From Sedimentisphaerales bacterium (GTDB lineage Bacteria; Planctomycetota; Phycisphaerae; Sedimentisphaerales; SM23-30): a stretch of 64,000 nt of DNA. Positions 31,921 through 40,148 of this stretch are shown piece by piece. The translations under genes were made by a program, and so were the position numbers. Below the pieces are notes generated by a model. It worked only from the letters and a program-made list of their open reading frames with translations. It made no database searches and had not been told where the DNA came from. The DNA lies in the NCBI GenBank assembly GCA_963666285.1, contig OY762711.1. One strand, 5' to 3'. Each line of letters starts with the position of its first letter. Position 1 is the stretch's first letter.

Positions 31921-34900
31921 ATATACAGAAGTTGAGCAGCCGTTTTTAGAGCAGTTGACCGATCTGGGCTGGACATGTATCGATCAGGGGCCAGATATAC
32001 CACAAGACCCTGCGGTGAGCCTGCGGCAAAGCTTCAGGCAGTTGATCCTGCCGGATGTTTTTAGTCAGAGTGTCTCGGCGATTAATACCACCTCAGATGG
32101 CGAGCAGTGGCTAACCGGTCGCCAGTTACAGGATTTACAGGACCAGATCGCCCGCCAGCCTAACCGTACACTGCTGGAAGCAAACGAAGATATACAGAAA
32201 TTGTTATTTAAGGCTCAGGTTGATTTCAACGAGCTAACAGGCGAAGAAGACCCGGTTGTTAAACTTATTGATTTTGCTAACCCTGAAAATAACCAGTTTC
32301 ATGCTATAAATCAGTTTCGTATCGATACGCCCGGCGGGGTTAAAAAGTTTATCATTCCTGATATTGTCTTATTTGTTAACGGCATACCGCTGGTAGTAAT
32401 AGAGTGTAAAAAAGGCGGGCCGGTATGTTCTGACCCTATGTATGAAGCTTATATACAGTTACAGCGATATATGAGCAAACGCAAAGAGGCTCTGGAACAG
32501 GGGTTAAAAGAGGGTGAGCCAAAATTATTTCATACCAATATGCTGCTGGTTCGGACCTGCGGCATAGAAGCTGACTATGGTACGATTACTTCCGGGATAG
32601 AGCATTATTTCCCCTGGAAAACACAATGGCCGGAAAGTGACAAAATTGCAGAAGGTATGACGGCCCAGCAGCAGCTAATCAACGGCATGTTGAATAAGGA
32701 TAATCTACTTCAGATATTGCGAACATCATCGGTATTTATGGATACAGATAGCGGACCGCGTATTAAGGTTGTATGTAGATATCAGCAGTTTAGGGCAGCC
32801 AACAGAATAATTAAGCAGCTTCGGACAGGTCAGAGCTGTATAGAAAGAAGCGGGGTTATCTGGCATACACAAGGTTCAGGTAAAAGCCTGACAATGGTAT
32901 TTGTGGCCAGGATGCTGCGAGCTTCCGGTGATTTGAGTGATTATAAGATTGTTCTGGTCAATGACCGGGTTGACCTGGAGGATCAGCTATCGCAGACTGC
33001 GACTATTATCGGTGGCCGGGTAAATATAATAGAAAACACCCAGCAGCTACGTGAACATTTATCGACCGATAGTTCAGACATAAATATGGTGATGGTGCAT
33101 AAGTTCCAGCAGAGAGATCAGAGCCTGCCGTTATCTGTTGCTCAGGCATTAGGGACATATCAGGCAATCCCTACAGCTCAAACATTTGGTGTTGTTAATA
33201 ATTCGTCCAGGATAATCCTGATGATAGATGAGGCTCATCGTACCCAGGGCTCAGACCTGGGCGATAATGTCTTTGAGGCTTTCCCAAATGCCGCACGTAT
33301 AGCCTTTACCGGTACACCGCTTATAACTGCCCGACATGGCGAGAAAAAGACACATAAGCGTTTTGGTGAATATATTGATACTTACCGTTTAATGGACGCT
33401 GTTAATGATGGTGCCACGTTACAGATTCTTTATGAAGGCCGTACCGCAGATTCAGCCTTGAACGATAAGAGCGGTTTTGAGGCAAAATTTGATAACCTGT
33501 TCAAAGACCGCAGCGAAGAAGAATTATTGGCTATTAAAAAGAAATATGGCGCTACCGGTGATATCCTGGAGGCTCAGCAGCGTATTGATGAAATAGCCAA
33601 AGATATGGTTAATCATTATATCAAGCATATTCTGCCGAATGGTTTCAAAGCTCAAGTTGTATGTCATTCAAAGCTGGCAGCCGTTCGATATCAGCGAGCT
33701 ATAGAAAAAGCCCTGAAAGATAAAATCGAACAGTATAAAGCAGCTACAAAGCCAAACCCGGAACTGATCAAAAAGATCGAGTTTCTAAAGGCTGCTGTTG
33801 TTATCTCTGGCGATGGAACTAATGAAGCAGCTTATGTGACCAAAGCACGCAGGCAGGCTAGGGCGATGAATGCGGTTGATAATTTCTGCAAAAACTTTGA
33901 TATGGATGACCCTGATAAACCATATACTGGTATTGCATTTCTTATTGTATGTGATATGCTGCTTACCGGTTTTGATGCACCTGTTGAGCAGGTAATGTAT
34001 ATTGATAAAAAGATTACCGAGCATACACTACTTCAGGCTATAGCACGAACCAATCGAGTTAAAAAAGGCAAAAAACGCGGGTATGTTGTTGATTATATTG
34101 GGCTGACTGAGCACCTGACCGAAGCATTAACATTATATGCTGCGACCGATGAACTGGATGAATTGGCCGATGGCTTGAAGGGGCTTGAAACAGAAATGCC
34201 TGTTCTGGAAGAGCGATATCAGCGGTTATTGCAGCTGTTTTCAGAGCATAAGGTTAAAAACGTTGAGGAATTTGTTCAGGGTAAATTACCAGATATACAT
34301 GCTGAAGCTGAGGTTGTTCACGAAGCGGTTAAATTGCTGAAAGATGAGAGAATTCGAGCAGATTTTGGTGTATATTTGAAGACTTTTCTAACCAGCCTGG
34401 ATATAATACTACCGCACCCTGTTGCTTTTCCTTATAGAGTGCCAGCACGCAGATTCGGTTATATTCTGCGAGTGGCCAAAGAGCGTTATAAAGACAGCAC
34501 TCTGAACCTGGGCGATGCCGGTCAGAAGGTGAAAGACCTAATTAACGAGCATCTGATCAGCCTTGGCATAGACCCGAAAGTGCCGCCGGTTGAGTTGCTG
34601 GCCGATGATTTTATCGAAAAGCTTAACGGGCATTCAGGCGGTAATGCTGAGGCCAGGGCCAGTGAAATGGAACATGCGATACGTAAACATTGTACTGTTC
34701 ATCATGACGAGGACCCGGCATTTTACCAAAGGCTCTCTGAGAAGGTTGACGGCCTTATTGAGCAGCATAAAGATGAATGGATAAGGCTTGCTGACGAGCT
34801 TGAGAAGCTGCGTACAGAGGTCATTAAGGGCCGTGTAGTCGGTAATGATGGCATGAGTAAAGAAGCCAGTACTTTTTACGACCATATTGCTAACGAAGCA

Positions 34901-35179
34901 TTTGAAGACGGTAAAGTGCCTGCTGCTGATAAACAAAAGATGAAAATTCTAATGGGAGCGATTGTTGAGACCCTACAGGACAGTATTGGCAGTATTGACT
35001 ACTGGAACAATGCCGATAAGCAAAAACGTACCCGCAGCACAATTAAAAAAGCCCTGACACTGACGGGTATCGAGCAGCTAAAAGAAAATCGTGAGCGTGT
35101 TGCGGTTGAGATTATGAAGTTAGCTAAAAACAGACATGATGATTTGATCAAAGGATTACAAGATCAAGATAATGAATAA
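31913..35179 (+). CDS. hsdR: type I R-M restriction subunit
   Basis: PDIVLFVNGIPLVVIECK nuclease motif, WHTQGSGKS, DEAH, FTGTP and QAIARTNR. Confidence 0.95.
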   Translation: MSEYTEVEQPFLEQLTDLGWTCIDQGPDIPQDPAVSLRQSFRQLILPDVFSQSVSAINTTSDGEQWLTGRQLQDLQDQIARQPNRTLLEANEDIQKLLFKAQVDFNELTGEEDPVVKLIDFANPENNQFHAINQFRIDTPGGVKKFIIPDIVLFVNGIPLVVIECKKGGPVCSDPMYEAYIQLQRYMSKRKEALEQGLKEGEPKLFHTNMLLVRTCGIEADYGTITSGIEHYFPWKTQWPESDKIAEGMTAQQQLINGMLNKDNLLQILRTSSVFMDTDSGPRIKVVCRYQQFRAANRIIKQLRTGQSCIERSGVIWHTQGSGKSLTMVFVARMLRASGDLSDYKIVLVNDRVDLEDQLSQTATIIGGRVNIIENTQQLREHLSTDSSDINMVMVHKFQQRDQSLPLSVAQALGTYQAIPTAQTFGVVNNSSRIILMIDEAHRTQGSDLGDNVFEAFPNAARIAFTGTPLITARHGEKKTHKRFGEYIDTYRLMDAVNDGATLQILYEGRTADSALNDKSGFEAKFDNLFKDRSEEELLAIKKKYGATGDILEAQQRIDEIAKDMVNHYIKHILPNGFKAQVVCHSKLAAVRYQRAIEKALKDKIEQYKAATKPNPELIKKIEFLKAAVVISGDGTNEAAYVTKARRQARAMNAVDNFCKNFDMDDPDKPYTGIAFLIVCDMLLTGFDAPVEQVMYIDKKITEHTLLQAIARTNRVKKGKKRGYVVDYIGLTEHLTEALTLYAATDELDELADGLKGLETEMPVLEERYQRLLQLFSEHKVKNVEEFVQGKLPDIHAEAEVVHEAVKLLKDERIRADFGVYLKTFLTSLDIILPHPVAFPYRVPARRFGYILRVAKERYKDSTLNLGDAGQKVKDLINEHLISLGIDPKVPPVELLADDFIEKLNGHSGGNAEARASEMEHAIRKHCTVHHDEDPAFYQRLSEKVDGLIEQHKDEWIRLADELEKLRTEVIKGRVVGNDGMSKEASTFYDHIANEAFEDGKVPAADKQKMKILMGAIVETLQDSIGSIDYWNNADKQKRTRSTIKKALTLTGIEQLKENRERVAVEIMKLAKNRHDDLIKGLQDQDNE

Positions 35180-35879
35180 ACGAAGAATAAGAGATATAGA
35201 TTATCAGCTATTGCCAGGTAGTGAGCGTAAAACAACCGATATTGTTATTGAGCGTAATGGTGAAGTTGTGGTACGTCCACCGCAAGGGTTTTCTGCCAGG
35301 GAAATAGATGCAGTTGTTGAAAGTAAGCGTATCTGGATATATCGTAATCTGGCTCAATGGCGAGATTTGAACGCAACTTCAGTCGTTCGTGAATGGGTTA
35401 ACGGTGAGTCCTTTTTATATTTGGGCCGGGCATATCGCTTGTCACTGGTAGCTGGCCAGGAATGCGATCTAAAGCTTAAAGAGGGTAGGTTTTGCCTTAA
35501 ACGCAGTTTGATAGATGATGGCGGACCAAAAGCAGCAAAAAAGGCTTTTGTTGATTTTTATTGCGAGAAGGGGCTATTGCGTATCAAAGACCGTGTTAAC
35601 TACTTTGCACCAAAAGTTGGAGTAAAGCCAAACCAGGTTAGCGTTAAAGAAATCGGCTACCGCTGGGCTAGTTGCAGTAAAATAAACAATCTATCCTTTA
35701 ACTGGAAGTGTATGATGGCACCGCTGACAGTTATCGATTATGTTGTTGTTCACGAACTATGCCATATTCATCACCGTGACCATTCTGACACATTTTGGAA
35801 TGAGGTAGATAAGATTATCCCTGATTATCGACTTCGAAAGACCTGGCTCAAAGAGCACGGTGCAGGACTTGATTTGTAG
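35172..35879 (+). CDS. M48/SprT-like zinc metalloprotease (YgjP/DUF45 type)
   Basis: RWASCS, DYVVVHELCH and HSDTFW; overlaps the hsdR stop. Confidence 0.9.
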   Translation: MNKRRIRDIDYQLLPGSERKTTDIVIERNGEVVVRPPQGFSAREIDAVVESKRIWIYRNLAQWRDLNATSVVREWVNGESFLYLGRAYRLSLVAGQECDLKLKEGRFCLKRSLIDDGGPKAAKKAFVDFYCEKGLLRIKDRVNYFAPKVGVKPNQVSVKEIGYRWASCSKINNLSFNWKCMMAPLTVIDYVVVHELCHIHHRDHSDTFWNEVDKIIPDYRLRKTWLKEHGAGLDL

Positions 35880-35926
35880 CTGGGTATAAAATCAGGCATA
35901 GGTTATGAAAATAATAGGAGTAACTG

Positions 35927-36717
35927 ATGAAAAGAATCAAAAATCAGAATAATAAAAGATTTGTTGCTCATTTTGATATTCTTGGTTTCAAATATCTGAC
36001 AAAAAATAAATTCGATGAAGCCTGGGGAGCATTATCTGACTATAGAGCTGTAATGGATAAATTAACTAATGATACTATTGTACTAGATACAGAGACTAAA
36101 GAGAGTCTTCATAAACGTATCAAATTGTTTTTATTTTCAGATTCGATACTAATATTTTCTTTAGGTTGTGAAGCTAGTGACTTAAAGGCCATGCTGGTTG
36201 TAGCAACCGAATTGTTTAAACAATCAATGGAGACCTGCGTTCCTTTAAGGGGTGGAATTGCTTTAGGGGATTTTGCTTTTAACTATAAAACAGCTCATAT
36301 TCTTGATAACAAAGACCCGGATTATGGGAAAATGATATATGAGCTCGGTATGTGCTGTGGCCCAGCTTTTGTAAAAGCTTATGAGATCGGAGAATATGCT
36401 CAGTGGATGGGGATAGTCGTTTGCAATGCGGTAAAAGAGTTAATAAAAACAATGAATCTTTGACTGCCGGAATTAATAGCGTGGATTGTTTGATTGATTG
36501 GGATGTTTACGAGCATGACGAAAAGATTACAACTAGAAGCGTTGTTAACTGGCCAGCGATATATTTTAGTGATACAAAAGTTAAATTGCCTATATCTGTT
36601 GAAAGTTTTTACCAGCCTTTTGAAAAAATGTTCGGGGCTTTCGAAACCTTGCGAGAAAAAGACAAGCAAAAATATATAAACACTGTTGATTTTTTTAATA
36701 AATTAGCTGGCAAATGA
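35927..36717 (+). pseudogene. class-III nucleotidyl cyclase-like protein split by a 1-nt frameshift near 36445-36449
   Basis: FDILGFK, FSDS, PLRGGIALG and GPAFVKAYE motifs; one extra A in the A5 run joins ORF 35927-36463 to the frame of ORF 36403-36717. Confidence 0.65.
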
Positions 36718-36737
36718 TTTTGTGACTGGAGGTTTTA

Positions 36738-37721
36738 ATGCAAAAACTTGGACGATTAACTAAAATTGACGATTTACGGGACATTTGGCAGAATGAAGCA
36801 GGCGATTTTACGCCCTGGCTTGCTGCTGAAGAGAATATTACCTTATTGGGAGATACCATAGGACTGGAGCTTGAAGTTGAGGGCCAGGAGCAGAATGTAG
36901 GGCCTTTCAGGGCAGATATATTATGTAAAGATACGGCAAATAATAACTGGGTACTAATCGAAAACCAATTGGAGCGGACAGATCATAACCATCTGGGGCA
37001 ACTTCTTACTTATGCCGCAGGATTGGAAGCAGTAACTATCGTCTGGGTGGCGCAGCGTTTTACAGATGAACATCGTGCGGCACTAGACTGGCTTAACGAA
37101 AAGACCGATGACGATGTTAATTTCTTCGGGCTGGAAATCGAACTCTGGAAAATCGGCGACTCTGATATAGCACCGAAGTTTAATATAATATCTAAACCGA
37201 ATGATTGGAGCCGAACAATAAAAACAACAGTGGAAAAAGCTGAAATTTCAGAAACAAAGAAAATGCAGCATAATTACTGGTCCACTTTTAGGAATTTTGT
37301 TGAAGAATCCGGAAGTTTTATTAAATGCCAGAAGCCGCTTCCTCAGCATTGGACAAATATCTCAATCGGTCGGTCCAATTTTTATCTTGTTGTTAGAATG
37401 AATACTCGAGACAAACAAATAGGTATATATCTTAATGTTGCTGGTCCAGAAAAGAAGTCCTATTATAAGATATTGGAAAATAAGTACAAAAATCATATAG
37501 AACAGCAAATTGGTATGCCAATCGACTGGCGTGAGTTACCTGATGCAAAAGAAAGCCATCTGGAAATATATTTTGAAGCTGACCCCGGAGATCAAAATGA
37601 TTGGATAAGGCAGCATCAATGGCTGAAAGATAACCTCGAATTATTCCACAGGGTATTGCAGCCGATAATAAAGAATCTTGATCTGGCAGAGCTGGATGAG
37701 ATAGAAAAAGCTTCGGAATAG
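36738..37721 (+). CDS. PD-(D/E)XK nuclease-like N-terminal domain plus DUF4268-like C-terminal domain
   Basis: EAGDFTPWL, ADIL, IENQL..TDH.HLGQLLTYAAG; C-terminal YW..F...PQHW. Confidence 0.75.
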   Translation: MQKLGRLTKIDDLRDIWQNEAGDFTPWLAAEENITLLGDTIGLELEVEGQEQNVGPFRADILCKDTANNNWVLIENQLERTDHNHLGQLLTYAAGLEAVTIVWVAQRFTDEHRAALDWLNEKTDDDVNFFGLEIELWKIGDSDIAPKFNIISKPNDWSRTIKTTVEKAEISETKKMQHNYWSTFRNFVEESGSFIKCQKPLPQHWTNISIGRSNFYLVVRMNTRDKQIGIYLNVAGPEKKSYYKILENKYKNHIEQQIGMPIDWRELPDAKESHLEIYFEADPGDQNDWIRQHQWLKDNLELFHRVLQPIIKNLDLAELDEIEKASE

Positions 37722-37773
37722 CTATATTATGTTAAATCATAAGTACTTGATAGCAGGCTATGTTAAAATCTGT

Positions 37774-37980
37774 TCACTTAGCATTTTCTATTAACATTGA
37801 CCGTATCGAAGCTAGAACAGTTTCCCGCTTCTCAGGGGTGAGTTCAGGCCAGATCGATATAATTTCTGCTAATATAGCGCATTGCACGCCGTATTCTACG
37901 CCGCCCCCTACCACACCCTTTTCATAAATACTGTCATATCCATTACTTATAAAATCTCTTTCGAGTCCTTGTGGGCCCAT
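37774..37980 (-). CDS. displaced C-terminal segment of the integrase reading frame (MGPQGLE plus 61 aa)
   Basis: Open frame passes through attR in the same phase as int passes through attL; ends in the amphipathic IISIWPELTPEKRETVLASIR segment. Confidence 0.6.
   Translation of the reverse strand: MGPQGLERDFISNGYDSIYEKGVVGGGVEYGVQCAILAEIISIWPELTPEKRETVLASIRSMLIENAK
37960..37980 (+). repeat. attR core (duplicated tRNA 3' end)
   Basis: Identical to 23689-23709. Confidence 0.95.
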
Positions 37981-38255
37981 TTTACTTAACTCCTGTATAG
38001 ATACGAATTTAGAAGAATCTAACGGTAAAGTATCGAAAATACAGGAGTTAGCAAAGGTATCTAATATTTGCGAATCGGTATAATTACCATTATTTTCCAA
38101 GTCTTCGTCTATATGTCGGTACTGGATTCAGTACTGTTTGCTCAACTCTCTGTTACCTGTAAAAAATGCTCCATTGCTATAGCTGGAGAATTGCCAATAA
38201 TCTCACATACTATAGCAATTGAAGAAAATATATATCGTTAGTCGATACATATTAT

Positions 38256-38990
38256 ATGAAATCTTACCCAATAGAATTACGCCAACTTGTGCTTGATGCA
38301 GTAGACAGTAATCAAGGCACTCAACAGGAAATAGCAGAACGTTTTAGTGTTTCAGCAATTTGGATCAGAAAGTTGTTATATAAAAGAAAGGGTTCCGATT
38401 CAATAGAATCAGCCAAACAGGCTGGTCGTATGTTGCGTAAGACGACAGCTAAAATAGACATCGGCAAGGCAGAATGCAAATACTCTGTAAGTGACGGTGC
38501 GGTTTGGATAGAGAAACAATATAAAGGCAAGTTGCCTATGCTGGATGATAACATACTGGATGTATTTCATTTTAAGGACCATCTTACTAATGCGTCTCAT
38601 TCGCTATATGGGGAGAATAGTAAAGAGTCAGTTCATTGGCGTGACAAGATGAAAACGGTAGCATTAGAAAATGGTTCTCTGGTTTTACTTGATCGTTTGA
38701 AAGAATGCTACAATAATCTTGATGATACCGACAGTCGCAGTGAGATAGATAGCCTGAGGAATTATATATCCAAACGAGTAGCTATGACAGATTATCCGAA
38801 GTTTATCGATAAAGGGTATGATATTGGCTCTGGACCCACGGAATCGTTTTGCGGATGCCTCACAAAGAGGCTGAAAGGGCCAGGCATGAGATGGGATTCC
38901 GACAATGCAGAAGCTGTAATGGCTTTAGGCAGCATATATTACAGCAACTTATGGGATACATACTGGAAAATGCAAAGAAAATCAACTTAA
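38256..38990 (+). pseudogene. chimeric transposase remnant (IS630-like HTH fused to an ISKra4-like C-terminus)
   Basis: YPIELR...QQEIAERFSVS N-terminus; DGAVWI, LDVFH and IGSGPTES...RLKGPGMRW C-terminus; N-terminal part of the DDE domain missing. Confidence 0.7.
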
Positions 38991-39108
38991 AACATGCCAG
39001 AAATAAATGTCACACACCAGTAATATTTGAACAATAAATTTTATTTGACTTAAATTTTAATTATATTTATACTGTCAAGTCTATTAATTTTGAGTACAAG
39101 TATTATTT

Positions 39109-39182
39109 GCGTCAGTAGCTCAGCTGGATAGAGCACCGGATTTCTAATCCGGCGGTCACAGGTTCGAATCCTGTCTGACGTG
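39109..39182 (+). tRNA. tRNA-Arg(TCT)
   Basis: GCGTCAG/CTGACGT acceptor, CCGGA-TTTCTAA-TCCGG anticodon arm, ACAGG-TTCGAAT-CCTGT T arm. Confidence 0.95.
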
Positions 39183-39189
39183 GTAGGTT

Positions 39190-39227
39190 AAAGCCTTGTA
39201 ACTTACTTAAGTTACAAGGCTTTACTT
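39190..39227 (+). terminator. terminator hairpin after tRNA-Arg
   Basis: AAAGCCTTGTAACTTA-CT-TAAGTTACAAGGCTTT inverted repeat followed by ACTT. Confidence 0.75.
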
Positions 39228-39327
39228 GTGCGTCGGGCACGATTCAATGCACATGGGGTTCAAGTCCCCTGCGGGCCATGATGAGCGGAACCGCAAGTCG
39301 AAGGCAACTGCGTAGCGGTGACGCTGC
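39228..39327 (+). ncRNA. 5' fragment of a group II (probably IIC) intron
   Basis: Starts GTGCG 4 nt after a terminator stem; GGGG-TTCAAGT-CCCC hairpin, GAAGGCAA and a GTGA-tetraloop hairpin as in domain I. Confidence 0.65.
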
Positions 39328-39744
39328 ATTTTCCAGATCATTTATACGGGTTTTACCGGGTATTCGAGGGACTTCAAAGCGATTTATGCCGCAAAACCAT
39401 TGATAGAGGTCACTATGCGATAATGCCAAAGAGAATTTACGCAAAGATAAGTTTAGACGCTTGTGAAGAATGGATATCCTCAATGCCATAATAGCTTCAA
39501 TATGGATATTAAGACGATCGTAATGCGTTAACCTGACAGCTTTGCCGGTACCAAAATATTCTATGGTCTTTTCAACATAGGATCTATTGAGAAAATACTG
39601 GATGAATAAAGTCTCAATACCGCTGGCTTCAACTATCCGATCAATGTTGATCAGGAACTGACGCTCCTGACGATATTCAAAATTGCCAAATTCCAGTGGA
39701 ATATCTTTGTCAAATAACTGCTGAACTGGTAAAACCTCTAACAT
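39244..39744 (-). pseudogene. truncated transposase N-terminal fragment (IS5/IS1182-like)
   Basis: LSLRKF...LYQWFCGI...IPGKTRI motif, no DDE domain; the tail runs into the intron stub; IS-end-like GGACAGACTCTA near 39885-39896. Confidence 0.6.
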
Positions 39745-40148
39745 AGGTGTGGCTCCTTTTTTAAGGTAAAATGATTTGCAAGACCATTTTATAACACACC
39801 TATTTTATTGCTTTTCAACAAAAACGCACCATATAATTCTAAAATTATGGCGTAACTATCTCAAAAAAATAAACTTACAACTATGGACAGACTCTATATA
39901 ATTCAAAGTTTTGAGATTAGGCCCTTTGAGGCGATTTATGGAATTTAAAAAGTGTGGAAGTCAACCCCCAGATATAAATAATTTTTAGAAGAACCTGCCG
40001 GTAGATGTCTTAAGCTGAACAGCAATAGAAAAAGTAGTCGTATCATAAAAATTTTGGGTGCTGAGTAAAATATTGACATTTTTGTAACTTTGTTAGATAA
40101 TGGTACTTTTAAGAGAAATATACAAACATAAGCATGTAAGGTACAAAA

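Larger units (their letters stand above)
23689..37980. mobile_element. 14.3-kb tRNA-integrated element (integrase, excisionase-like HTHs, replication initiator, type I R-M and defence cargo)
   Basis: Perfect 21-bp direct repeat of the tRNA 3' end at both boundaries; integrase adjacent to the tRNA. Confidence 0.93.

Noticed and set aside
35927..36717. Calling the cyclase-like gene Pycsar or CBASS
   Set aside because: No adjacent TM, TIR or cNMP-binding effector and no CD-NTase motifs; only a general class-III cyclase-like pattern is supportable.
37981..38100. N-terminal 40 codons of ORF 37774-38100 as part of a real gene
   Set aside because: They lie outside the element, start at TTG and cross an inverted repeat; only the part from the att core onward looks meaningful.
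39255..39278. GGGGTTCAAGTCCCCTGCGGGCCA looks like a tRNA T-arm plus 3' end (possible att remnant)
   Set aside because: It matches neither tRNA in the window and has no D or anticodon arm; it fits better as a domain-I hairpin of the group II intron stub.
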